Positions 18,190 through 27,002 are shown, counted from the first letter of the stretch. The stretch: 64,000 nucleotides of DNA from an uncultured virus (IMG/VR IMGVR_UViG_3300033463_000112) (IMGVR_UViG_3300033463_000112); one strand, 5' to 3'. The notes: a model not told the origin generated them from the sequence alone. A program made the numbers and translations.

Positions 18190-18621
18190 TCAGAAGTTGG
18201 CTAAGTTCTGTTCAAAATCCTCCCGGGTAACAAATGGCTGGATAACGCCAAATACGGTGTCTTTCAGCCGTTCGTAGAAAGTGGAAAACTCCGCGTTATC
18301 CATACCCCCGAAATTCCACGTCTTAGGGGCCTCCACAAAAGCATGAAGCCTCCGGTTGTAGTAAACCTTGTAATACCCGCTTGCGACCGTCAAATAATCC
18401 CGGAAACCCTCCACGGACCGGAATCCGTTTTGGGTTTTCTCGGGAAGATAAGACCACGCCGCGTTGACGAGCGCAAAGGCTTTTTTGTGGAGCTCATAGT
18501 TGCGTGCCAGCCGGATTTCAGCCGTGTAAACTTCGCCGATTTTGAGCATCTTTTTAGCGTCGTAATCGTCGTCGTAGCACGGCTTTAATCCTTGCGGCGT
18601 GTTCAGTAGGGTAAGTTTCAT
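18190..18621 (-). CDS. DUF1367-like protein
   Basis: RNYELHKKAFAL and P.TWNFGGMDNAEF..FY motifs. Confidence 0.7.
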   Translation of the reverse strand: MKLTLLNTPQGLKPCYDDDYDAKKMLKIGEVYTAEIRLARNYELHKKAFALVNAAWSYLPEKTQNGFRSVEGFRDYLTVASGYYKVYYNRRLHAFVEAPKTWNFGGMDNAEFSTFYERLKDTVFGVIQPFVTREDFEQNLANF

Positions 18622-18622
18622 A

Positions 18623-19219
18623 TTAGAAACCTTCCGGGAGGTCGTCGGGTTGCGGCTGGGTGTAAGCCGGGGAGTTCATCGGCGGGTACTGAGGATTGCC
18701 GGGCTGGCCGGGTTGAGGAGGCATACCGGGCGCGGGGGTGTATCCCTGTGGTGGCTGCGGCTGATACCCGGGCTGTGGTGCGTATCCGGGGGCCGGTGCT
18801 CCATAGCCTTGCTGGGGATAACCCTGCGGGTATCCGGGCTGGCCGTAGCCCTGAGCGGGAGCGCCCTGAGCCGGGGCCGCGTTTAGGGGCTTCTCAGAGA
18901 GCAATTCCATGTTTGCTACAACAACCTCAGTTGCGTAGCGTTTGTTGCCGGACTGGTCCTGCCATTCGCGGGTGTGGAACTTACCCTCCACGAAGATTTT
19001 TGAGCCCTTCTTGACGAACCTTTCCACAATATCGGCGAGCTTGCCGTTGAAAACGAGCGGAATCCACTCGGTCGCTTCTTTCGGCTGGCCCGTCTGACGG
19101 TCGGTCCATTTCTCGGTAGCGGCAATCCTTACAGATGCCTTTTTCCCTCCGTCTTGGAAGGTGACGATTTCCGGGTCCGCTCCAGCGTTCCCGATAAACA
19201 TACATTTGTTCAGTGACAT
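18623..19219 (-). CDS. ssb: single-stranded DNA-binding protein
   Basis: SLNKCMFIGNAGADPE...KGSKIFVEGK..TREWQD OB fold; long P/Q/G-rich linker; acidic tail DDLPEGF. Confidence 0.95.
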   Translation of the reverse strand: MSLNKCMFIGNAGADPEIVTFQDGGKKASVRIAATEKWTDRQTGQPKEATEWIPLVFNGKLADIVERFVKKGSKIFVEGKFHTREWQDQSGNKRYATEVVVANMELLSEKPLNAAPAQGAPAQGYGQPGYPQGYPQQGYGAPAPGYAPQPGYQPQPPQGYTPAPGMPPQPGQPGNPQYPPMNSPAYTQPQPDDLPEGF

Positions 19220-19231
19220 ATTGTTTGAGAT

Positions 19232-19534
19232 TTAGTTTGCTTTTCCAGCGCCGGGCGTGAACGGAACAGGAATCATTCTAACCTTCTGTTTGAACCTCGG
19301 GAGGATTTCGATAAAGGTTTCAATTATATCCTTAAATTCCGGGTTCCCGCCGTATGCGGCAAGCATGGCGTGAATCAGGTCCTCTTTTGAACCCGTAACT
19401 GCAGACTTGCAACCGTCAACGATTCCGGTAATACAGACAAGACAACTTTTGCTTTCGCTGTCCTCTTTGGCGTTTTCCAAAACGGCTTCATGAAGCGCGT
19501 CGTGGAGTTGTAAGAGCTTTTCCTCGGGTATCAT
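19232..19534 (-). CDS. hypothetical protein
   Basis: Packed ORF. Confidence 0.6.
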   Translation of the reverse strand: MIPEEKLLQLHDALHEAVLENAKEDSESKSCLVCITGIVDGCKSAVTGSKEDLIHAMLAAYGGNPEFKDIIETFIEILPRFKQKVRMIPVPFTPGAGKAN

Positions 19535-20451
19535 TCTGTTGCGGGTTTAAATGATACACTACCTTTGCAGGTGATTTCCTTAGCGACCTTTGCAAAGACG
19601 GCCGGGTAGAGCTCTTTGAGCTTTGCCGAATCAACGCGGGTCTGGGTGTACGCGGCTTTGCGCTTGATAACGCCGCCGGGGGCTTTCATTTCCTCGAGGT
19701 TGTTTTCCTCCATGTATGAAAGCAACTTGGCATCGGCGGTTTTCAGCCCGTCCTCAATCTGCTTAATAACGGCTTTGAGTTCCGCTATCTTGGTGTAGGA
19801 GTCCACGTAGGAAACAAGCTCCTCGCCAGACAGGACTAAGCCAGCGTCCGGTTTGTCGTTTTCGTCCTCGTAGATTAGTCCCTGACGTTCACAGTCCAGA
19901 AGCGCCTCCACTTCGGCCTCGCTCACGGGGTCAATCGGAACGAGGCCGAGTATCGTGCGTTTCTTTTTATCAATCCACAGACAGTAGCAAGCGTCCACGG
20001 GTATTTCCGGGTTCTGGCGCTTGAACAGGTAGGCGTAAATACCCAACTGCCATTCAAGCGGGCGGCGGTGGAGTTTCTGGGTGGTCTTAATATCGACCAG
20101 AATTGCGCCTTTTTTGCCCGCATAGACCATATCAATAGCCGAGGCGACTAACTCATAGTCTGAAACGGGATATTCGCTATAAACGAACTTTAGGCCCAAT
20201 TTCTTGTATTCGTCGATAAGCTCAGATGCAAAGACGGCTTCGCCGTTTTCGTAGTTCTGGAGTTCCCGGTGGATAGCCGTGCCTTCTTCGGCCGCTTTTT
20301 TGAGCGTGGCCTCCGGTATTCCTGAGTAGTCGGCGCTAAGTCCGTGCTTTTTCATAAGCTCGGTAACGCCCATGAGGAGCTTATCGTCGTCCAGCATATA
20401 GCTGTGCGAAACCTCCTCAAAAAAGATTCTGTTACTTACGTTGAGTTCCAT
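19531..20451 (-). CDS. PD-(D/E)xK exonuclease (recombination module)
   Basis: GTAIH, AID, VDIKT and QL.IY motifs; adjacent to the annealase. Confidence 0.75.
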   Translation of the reverse strand: MELNVSNRIFFEEVSHSYMLDDDKLLMGVTELMKKHGLSADYSGIPEATLKKAAEEGTAIHRELQNYENGEAVFASELIDEYKKLGLKFVYSEYPVSDYELVASAIDMVYAGKKGAILVDIKTTQKLHRRPLEWQLGIYAYLFKRQNPEIPVDACYCLWIDKKKRTILGLVPIDPVSEAEVEALLDCERQGLIYEDENDKPDAGLVLSGEELVSYVDSYTKIAELKAVIKQIEDGLKTADAKLLSYMEENNLEEMKAPGGVIKRKAAYTQTRVDSAKLKELYPAVFAKVAKEITCKGSVSFKPATE

Positions 20452-21055
20452 TCTGGGTAACTGCTTTTACACGTGCGTTGTAGGCTTTCTTAAACTCGGG
20501 GTCCTTACCGTAGTAGGGCGAGTAGTAGTCCCACGCCTGTTTGAGTTGTTCTGGCGTGGTAAGGGTAGGCAGGTACTCTTCAATTACCTGTTTGAGCGTT
20601 TCTGCGGCGGCTTTCTCTTGCTGATACTTGGTAGCGTCGTTGGCCCAATAAACATCAGCGCCAATGCCGAGCGAGCGGCACGCCTGAGAAATAGCGTCTG
20701 TGTAGGCTTTCTTGGCCGCGTCGTCGTCGAGGAAAAGTCCGTTTTTCTCGTTGGCGATAACCATAGCGCCCCCGAAACCCTCAATGGGCTTCGACCATTC
20801 GCCGTTGATTTTAACGTAGAGATTGAGCTTCAGGTAAACGGCCCTTTCGTTCCCGCACTCTTCCGTCCATTGCTTGACGATTTCGGTGTACCAGCCTTGA
20901 CCGGCCGGGCCAAATTCCCTCGTTAGCGTCTGGATTCTCCAAAGCGGGTTAATGTCCGTCTTACCCTTCAATCTGCCCGCCTGAATGTCGCGTTTGGCCT
21001 CCGGCGGGACTTCGCGCACCCTGTTATAGAGCGCAAGATTCGGGTTTTCTTCCAT
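20432..21055 (-). CDS. single-strand annealing protein (Rad52/Sak-like)
   Basis: FGPAGQGW and KKAYTDAIS.AC..LGIGADVY motifs. Confidence 0.75.
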   Translation of the reverse strand: MEENPNLALYNRVREVPPEAKRDIQAGRLKGKTDINPLWRIQTLTREFGPAGQGWYTEIVKQWTEECGNERAVYLKLNLYVKINGEWSKPIEGFGGAMVIANEKNGLFLDDDAAKKAYTDAISQACRSLGIGADVYWANDATKYQQEKAAAETLKQVIEEYLPTLTTPEQLKQAWDYYSPYYGKDPEFKKAYNARVKAVTQNGTQRK

Positions 21056-21200
21056 AGGTTATAACATTCCACATTTGTACTCTTCGTAGTGGTATCGGTC
21101 CACGGCGATACAGTGGAGGATTTCCCGGGCCTCTTCGGTGTCGGCCTCTTCCTCGTTAATATCGGCCCAATAGGACCGCCGGGCTTTCTCGATAAGCTGT

Positions 21201-21506
21201 TTATCCTTCTCCGTCATTCATCAACTCCTTTAACGCTTCCTGATTCCGGCAATAGTATCCGGCCATGAAAAAGCCGCGTGAAATCCGGTCGAGCATCTTG
21301 TAGATAACGCTGCCCTCAATTTCGCCGATAGCCAGCATAGCGCAAGCGAACCGCTTAGCGCCCTCTTCGCCGATTGACTTATGCGTTGCCTCCATAACGG
21401 ATTCAAAGCAATCGTCGTAGCAATTATTGACGTGCTCAAATACTTCCTCGGTAGCCATATTAGCGTCTAACGCTTTTTTCATGGCATCTTCCAATATCTT
21501 ATCCAT
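21201..21506 (-). CDS. hypothetical protein
   Basis: Start reassigned to ATG 21506 (MDKILEDAMK), just past the VR2 hairpin. Confidence 0.6.
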   Translation of the reverse strand: MDKILEDAMKKALDANMATEEVFEHVNNCYDDCFESVMEATHKSIGEEGAKRFACAMLAIGEIEGSVIYKMLDRISRGFFMAGYYCRNQEALKELMNDGEG

Positions 21507-21519
21507 AGCTTGCGATATA

Positions 21520-21541
21520 CCCCGCCCGAAAAAGGGCGGGG
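21520..21541 (-). promoter_or_regulatory. DGR target-recognition hairpin downstream of VR2
   Basis: CCCCGCCC-6 nt-GGGCGGGG; same core stem, loop length and 23-nt spacing from VR as the VR1 hairpin. Confidence 0.85.
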
Positions 21542-21553
21542 CGTTAAAAGGTT

Positions 21554-22090
21554 CTAAACTAATTCTCGGCAAGGGCGCACCGCAAACCCGTTGGAACGTC
21601 CGTAGTCGTCCAACGGGCTAACGTTGCCTGAATTGAAGTTCAGGCCACGGGCGTGGGTCTGAGAGTTGTAAACCGGCATCGAGGTCCAGTAAGCACCCTC
21701 GTCGCCTACATACTTGGCCTCGCCTTTGTTGTTGGGCTTGTAGCCTGCGGCCCAAAGGAAAATGTGGTTTCCGTTAGGTCCCTCAATGTCGTAGCCCTTG
21801 TTTTTGTCGTCCCACGTCCACTTACAGCACTCGCAAAGCTCGGCCATAGCAGTACCGGACGGGAGGTATTCGCCAAAGGTCTTTAGGGCTGTTTCCCAAT
21901 CATAGTGGCCGGAGGCGTTAGCATCAGCCCACTGGCGGCCGGACGGGAGCCCGAGGTCCACCCACTTACAGGAATCTGGGTCAAATTGGCCCACTTTTTT
22001 CTCACAGAGCTTTTCAAACTGAGCTTTAAGCTCTTTGAGGTTCTTTTCTGCGGCGGTAATCTTTTCCGCAAATTCTTCAATCGGTGTCAT
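21554..22090 (-). CDS. DGR target protein 2 (N-terminal coiled coil plus VDLGLPSG-type domain with variable C-terminus)
   Basis: 178 aa from ATG 22090; WVDLGLPSGRQWA.AN, GPNGNHIFL.AAG and G.YWTS motifs; ends in VR2 (…GFAVRPCRELV). Confidence 0.9.
   Translation of the reverse strand: MTPIEEFAEKITAAEKNLKELKAQFEKLCEKKVGQFDPDSCKWVDLGLPSGRQWADANASGHYDWETALKTFGEYLPSGTAMAELCECCKWTWDDKNKGYDIEGPNGNHIFLWAAGYKPNNKGEAKYVGDEGAYWTSMPVYNSQTHARGLNFNSGNVSPLDDYGRSNGFAVRPCRELV
21565..21667 (-). repeat. DGR variable repeat VR2 (remote target)
   Basis: 103-bp ungapped match to the 3' part of TR (2069-2171); 8 mismatches, all at TR adenines. Confidence 0.95.
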
Positions 22091-22619
22091 TGTTATACGG
22101 TTTAAATTCGTAGAATGGCTTGATAGTACCCTTCTGGGTTCCGCGCGGAATGGCCTCCAGACGTTTGCAACGTTTGGTTTCCGGGGTGTAGTAGGCAATC
22201 AGGGCTTGCTCGTCAATGATATAGCCCTGACGCTGTAAGCGGTTACGCTGGAGTAGTTTGGCTTTAGGCTCAATGCGGAAATGCCGTTTTTGGCGGGGTT
22301 CCAGACCCCAACGAATCCGCATCAGGTCGGTGCGGTTCATTTTGGCCCGTGTGGCCTCGCGTTTCTTGTATGCCTCCGGGGTGTTGATTCTGGCCCCGTT
22401 TCCGCATCGTATAGCCCTTTCCCTGTTAAGATTCGAGATAAACTCTTTCGACTTATGCCAGCCGTGTTTTTCGGCCCGGCTTTTAATCGTCCATTTCGAG
22501 AGCCCTAAAGCCTGAGCTATTTCCTCGTTCGTTTCGTTCGGGTAGTGTTCCTGAATGTAGGTCAGTTGCTCACTCGTCAGGTGTTTGCTTTTGGGCTTTT
22601 TCATCTTTCCTAACCTCAT
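22077..22619 (-). CDS. HTH-containing hypothetical protein
   Basis: YPNETNEEIAQALGLSKWTIKSRA HTH-like segment. Confidence 0.65.
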   Translation of the reverse strand: MRLGKMKKPKSKHLTSEQLTYIQEHYPNETNEEIAQALGLSKWTIKSRAEKHGWHKSKEFISNLNRERAIRCGNGARINTPEAYKKREATRAKMNRTDLMRIRWGLEPRQKRHFRIEPKAKLLQRNRLQRQGYIIDEQALIAYYTPETKRCKRLEAIPRGTQKGTIKPFYEFKPYNNDTD

Positions 22620-22788
22620 TGAACCAACAGGAGCAAATCAACCCCGCGAACAGGCAAATAACCGCAAACGCATCAAAGAGTTGCGCGTTCGTGTCCGTGG
22701 CCTCGGCCAGAGCCTCGGCCCAATTCCATAGGGAGCAAGCGCCCCACGTGAACACGATGCAAAGTAGGATTGCAAATATCTTTTTCAT
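22570..22788 (-). CDS. small membrane protein
   Basis: Two hydrophobic segments; preceded by an AAATCTTTGAG motif. Confidence 0.55.
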   Translation of the reverse strand: MKKIFAILLCIVFTWGACSLWNWAEALAEATDTNAQLFDAFAVICLFAGLICSCWFNEVRKDEKAQKQTPDE

Positions 22789-22943
22789 ACGCTCAAAGAT
22801 TTGTCAAAGAAGCCCCCGCATTTCACAACGAAGGGGCGCTTTGCGCGAACGTGTCATAAAAGCCAGAAGGTGTAGTGTATCTTACTTTTCGTCCGCGCCC
22901 CAAAATTAAAGTGTTGTGTATTTAAGCCCCGCATAAACGCGGT

Positions 22944-23026
22944 TGGAGCCGGGCACTGGACTCGAACCAGCGACCGCATGGGAATCTGGCCGCCCCATGT
23001 GCTCTGGCCTGCTGAGCTAACCCGGC
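22944..23026 (-). ncRNA. tRNA-like RNA with 13-nt anticodon loop and encoded CCA
   Basis: Fully paired acceptor GCCGGGT/GCCCGGC-T-CCA, D arm GCTC/GAGC and T arm GCTGG-TTCGAGT-CCAGT; the CATGG/CCATG stem encloses GGCGGCCAGATTC. Confidence 0.75.
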
Positions 23027-23032
23027 AATTCG

Positions 23033-23104
23033 CGGACTCGGGAGGGGTCGAACCTCCGACCATTGCGTTAACAGCGCACTGCTCTACCACTGAGCTACGA
23101 ATCC
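23033..23104 (-). tRNA. tRNA-Asn(GTT)
   Basis: Cloverleaf; anticodon loop CTGTTAA; discriminator G. Confidence 0.9.
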
Positions 23105-23175
23105 AAATGCCGGTCTTTCCCGGCTGTCTGGTGTCAAACAATCAAATATGTACGCGACGCATCACTGCGGTATTG

Positions 23176-23259
23176 TGCCCGGGGCGGGAGTCGAACCCGC
23201 ACTCCATAACTGGAAATGGCTCCTTGGGCCATTGCGTCTGCCAGTTTCGCCACCCGGGC
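23176..23259 (-). tRNA. tRNA-Leu-type (long variable arm), anticodon loop CCAAGGA read as AAG
   Basis: GCCCGGG/CCCGGGC-A acceptor, Leu-like D loop, long variable arm; C instead of U at position 33. Confidence 0.75.
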
Positions 23260-23799
23260 GCACCTGTGTCTTTCCACAGCGTCACCGATGCTAAGAATTG
23301 CCCTTAATGAATTAACCCCCGTCGGGCTTTCTCTGTTACTTGGTGCGCGATATTCAGTTCACGGAGGTACGCACTCTGACGTATTCTTAGCCTACCCACT
23401 ATGCTCGTTTCGGTTTACGCGCCGGTTTTGACCGGGGGCCTCCGCTACACGCCCGAGCGTGGTCGTGTCCCTCTGGGTTGGAGCAGGTCGGGACAGCTCA
23501 GGCGCGACACAACTTAGAGCCCCTGCGGGCGGCCGGGCCCGCCGAGGCTGATTAGCGGCTCTTGGCTTTGGTTAGAGTAAGGAAACACTTAAGTATCAAT
23601 ATTCCTAAATACGGACTTTAACCGCGCACCGTCCTTGTCGGTGCTTACAAAAGAATAGAAATAGTAAAGTATTTGCCGCTATATGGGTCCCCGATGAAGC
23701 GCATAGACCGGGGATTGCACTAAAACCTAAAATACCGATTTAGCACTATCTTTTATGGCTAATCCAAATTGAAATTCTCTCATTCGCGCTTCCACCGAC

Positions 23800-24051
23800 T
23801 CACGCCGGGTTTATCTTTTCCAGTTCAGACCGCAAAATACCAGTAACGCCCCCACGGCTAACTTTCGTGAGCACACCTTCGCGTATCTTGCGTGAAATAG
23901 TTTGTCGGCTCCGTCCAGACAGGCGGGCTGCATCATTGACGGAAAGCACTCTATCTTGCTTTCGTTCGTCGGCTGCATCATTATAGCGTTTGAGCTCAAA
24001 TGCAAGCCGTTCCAGTAAGGCCCGGTCGTAGCCGGAGAGGGTAACTTCCAT
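23800..24051 (-). CDS. excisionase-like HTH DNA-binding protein
   Basis: LSVNDAARLSGRSRQTISRKIREGVL, an HTH_17-like pattern. Confidence 0.7.
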   Translation of the reverse strand: MEVTLSGYDRALLERLAFELKRYNDAADERKQDRVLSVNDAARLSGRSRQTISRKIREGVLTKVSRGGVTGILRSELEKINPA

Positions 24052-24278
24052 TATTCAGTGACGGTTATTTGCACCCGCAGGCTCCCCTTATCCACATGGA
24101 AAAAGTATTTGCGGCCGCCGTTGGTATGGTCTGAGTTAATGGAGTATGCAATGGCCTTCAGGGAGGCAATCTGGGCGACGGAATTAAATTTGAGGTCGTG
24201 GGACCCGGGCTCCAGATTCCGCAATAGCTCCGTCAGCTTATTGTCGCGGATTAGAGCGTGAGTTTCAAAGTAGGTCAT
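24051..24278 (-). CDS. hypothetical protein (first gene of the leftward operon)
   Basis: ATG at 24278 (MTYFETHAL). Confidence 0.55.
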   Translation of the reverse strand: MTYFETHALIRDNKLTELLRNLEPGSHDLKFNSVAQIASLKAIAYSINSDHTNGGRKYFFHVDKGSLRVQITVTE

Positions 24279-24816
24279 ATTTTGTAAAATTAGGACCGGC
24301 GGCAGGGAGTCGCACCCCGTCCCGGTCGTTCTATTCACTGACGCATCTATTTGTCGTCGCCCTCAGCGGCGCATGGTAATCGAGTACTTTGCGGCAGTTA
24401 AATATTTTTCCCTATCCGTTATCTTATAACTCGTAGTAGTTGTTAAAGTCGTTTCTTTCGCTTTTCTTGCTTCTATTTTCTGCCAGCGCTACCTCACTGA
24501 TTCGTCCCAAATACCTAACAACGGATTCCCCAAACAAGGTGACGTTTGGAGAGCCGCCTTCTAATCATCGGCGCTACCGGCCCACGCGATTTTCCCTATC
24601 GTGCGAAAATTAAGCTGAACGCACACGGGAGGCCGTTTTCGGTCCGGCCAGACCTTCAGTGTTGTCAAATAACTCAAAGATTTGTTGAAAAAAGTAGGTT
24701 ACTTACTTTGAAATCCCGGAGAAAACCCCTAAATTAGCGGTTGAAACGTATAGGAGGCCGTTTTAAGGTTTCCCCTGGCTTTGTATATCAAAGAACTTAC
24801 TTACTCAATTCGATTG

Positions 24817-24824
24817 CAAAGTTA
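24817..24824 (-). promoter_or_regulatory. Bacteroidota-type -7 element (TAACTTTG) for the leftward early operon
   Basis: TAnnTTTG in the divergent AT-rich region opposite the repressors. Confidence 0.6.
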
Positions 24825-24920
24825 GGAGAAAAAACCGAACTTCCAAAACTTTTTGGAGAAAATCGACAAAATTTTATGGAGAAAGACGAAAAGCCGCCTA
24901 AAAACAAAAATTTTTGAGTT

Positions 24921-25265
24921 ATGGATAGCAACATTCAAGGGCGGCTTCAGATAGCAATAGACGCTATTTGCGCCGGAAACAAATCAGAATTTTGCCGACG
25001 CATCGGAAAGGACGTATCGGCATTGAAAGATATTCTCGGGGAAAAGAAAAGCGCCCCCGGGTATGTTCTTTTGTACTCCATTCTGTCGTCCGATTTGGGT
25101 ATTTCCCCCAACTGGCTTATGCTTGGCGAAGGGCCCATGCTTACGGGTTCCCCGTCCCCCGCGCATCATGGGAACGACGTGCACGATAACAACGTAGTGA
25201 TAATTGGGAATCTTGGCGACCTGAAGGATATTATCGCCGAGGCCATACGGGAGAATAGGGTATGA
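24921..25265 (+). CDS. CI-like HTH repressor
   Basis: GNKSEFCRRIG...ISPNWLMLGEGPML, typical of Bacteroidota phage repressors. Confidence 0.75.
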   Translation: MDSNIQGRLQIAIDAICAGNKSEFCRRIGKDVSALKDILGEKKSAPGYVLLYSILSSDLGISPNWLMLGEGPMLTGSPSPAHHGNDVHDNNVVIIGNLGDLKDIIAEAIRENRV

Positions 25266-25576
25266 GCGAAATTGACAGGATAAATTATTTAATAGACACG
25301 CTCGCTGGCGGGAACGCACGCAGATTCGCGGAGGCGTGTGAAATACGCCCGGACTGCCTGAGCCGGATTCGGAACGGAAAGGGGGTTCCCTCCTTTTATT
25401 TCCCGCGCATCATGCACGGCTATCCAGACGTGCAAAAGGACTGGCTTTATACCGGCGAAGGAAAGCCGCTCAAATCTACCGCCGAAAAGGACGTTTTGGC
25501 GGCCAAATTAGACACTTTGACGGCCGAAGTAAGGGAACTATCGGAACTGCTGAGAAAAGCCCTGAAAAGGCTTTAA
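25262..25576 (+). CDS. second CI-like HTH regulator
   Basis: GNARRFAEAC...DWLYTGEGKPL plus a C-terminal coiled coil. Confidence 0.7.
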   Translation: MSEIDRINYLIDTLAGGNARRFAEACEIRPDCLSRIRNGKGVPSFYFPRIMHGYPDVQKDWLYTGEGKPLKSTAEKDVLAAKLDTLTAEVRELSELLRKALKRL

Positions 25577-25579
25577 AAT

Positions 25580-25821
25580 TTCGTCTAAGTTTTCGGATAA
25601 TTTTTGCGACAAACTTGTTACGGACTATTACTTAATGTTACAATATTTTACAAGTTTAACCGACGTAAAGCTCTGGCAATCAACGCTAAAGCGCTCGTAG
25701 TAAGCGAGTTAGAAGGGGCCCTGTGGGCGCTTTTTCCCAGCACCACAGATAAGTGTAAAAAAGCCCCTTCAGAACGCTCTGGAGGGGTTTTTCGTTTAGA
25801 TTCGTCTAAGTTTTCGTCTAA
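25580..25821. other. putative attP region with arm-type direct repeats
   Basis: TTCGTCTAAGTTTTCG at 25580-25595 and 25801-25816, plus TTCGTCTAA at 25813, flanking a non-coding gap directly upstream of the integrase. Confidence 0.55.
25757..25792. terminator. bidirectional intrinsic terminator-like hairpin
   Basis: AAAAAAGCCCCTTCAGA-ACGC-TCTGGAGGGGTTTTT. Confidence 0.65.
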
Positions 25822-25835
25822 ATTTTTGAGTTATT

Positions 25836-27002
25836 ATGACACACAGCTTTAACTTCGACAAGGGGAGTATCAGACTGGTTGTATCGCACCGGGGCAAACA
25901 GTATAAGAAAGCCACCGGCCTAACGACGGAGGCCGCCCTCTGGCGGCGGGACGCGAAAACGCTTCGCGCCAAATGCAAAGATGCCCGGATTCTGGCCCGA
26001 CTGCTGGAGATTGACTCGAGGGCCCATGAGAAAGAGGCCGGGGTCGTTTCCGACGATGATTGTTTAAGGGTGATTCAGTATGCGCTGACAGGCGCAATGC
26101 CAGCCGCAAGAGTCGCGGCCGATTTCAAGATACAGAAGGTATCGTTTTGGGAATACTTTGAGGAGTGGGCGAACCGGCCGAGTACGCAGGTGCGCCAAAA
26201 AAAGCTCTGCTACAACAACGTGGCAAAGTTCATGGGGAAAGAATTTACATGGGAGGACGTGGACTCCGCCTTTCATTTCCGACTGGTCCAGAAGATGCGT
26301 GATGCCGGGTTTGGTATTAACTACCAATGGAAAACCGTCAGCCAGCTTAAAACCGTCATGAACGAGGGCCGGAAGCTCAAATATCACAGCAATCTGGAGT
26401 ATCAAGACTTCAAGGCAAAGCGGGAGGACCCCGACACAATCTACCTGACGGGCGAAGAGGTGGAGGCGCTCTGGAACTACCGGCCGAAGGGTGAACTGGA
26501 CCGCAAGGCCCGCGACCTGTTCCTTCTGGGCGTGTATTCGTGCGCACGGTATTCGGACTATTCCCGGCTTACGCTGGATATGATTCAGGACGGCGTGATA
26601 CGCTTTACTCAGGTAAAGACAGCTAATAGCGTGCTGGTTCCCGCCTCCCCTCGTCTGGTTGCTATCCTGAAGCGAAACGGTGGACGCGCCCCCGCGCTCG
26701 CGCAACAGCACCTTAACGAGTGGATTAAAAAGGTCTGCCGGGGTCTTGGGATTACTGAGAAAGTGGACGTGACCTCCAGCGACGGAGTAAAGCATACCAC
26801 CGAGCGCAAAGAAAAATGCGATTTGGTTTCGTCACATACCGCCCGGCGAACGGGTATCACGCTCTTGTATATGACCGGTATTCCGCTACAACAGGTGATG
26901 CTGATTTCCGGCCACAAAGACGAGGATTCGATACGGCACTATCTACGCCTGACAAAGCAGGAAAACGCCAGTATCTTGAAAGATAACCCGTTCTTTAAAT
27001 GA
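25836..27002 (+). CDS. int: tyrosine integrase
   Basis: CARYSD (R), K, SSHTARRT (HxxR), SGH and HY catalytic residues; N-terminal arm-binding/SAM-like region. Confidence 0.93.
   Translation: MTHSFNFDKGSIRLVVSHRGKQYKKATGLTTEAALWRRDAKTLRAKCKDARILARLLEIDSRAHEKEAGVVSDDDCLRVIQYALTGAMPAARVAADFKIQKVSFWEYFEEWANRPSTQVRQKKLCYNNVAKFMGKEFTWEDVDSAFHFRLVQKMRDAGFGINYQWKTVSQLKTVMNEGRKLKYHSNLEYQDFKAKREDPDTIYLTGEEVEALWNYRPKGELDRKARDLFLLGVYSCARYSDYSRLTLDMIQDGVIRFTQVKTANSVLVPASPRLVAILKRNGGRAPALAQQHLNEWIKKVCRGLGITEKVDVTSSDGVKHTTERKEKCDLVSSHTARRTGITLLYMTGIPLQQVMLISGHKDEDSIRHYLRLTKQENASILKDNPFFK

Noticed and set aside
18640..18890. Repetitive CAG/CCG-rich stretch
   Set aside because: It is the ordinary low-complexity linker of SSB.
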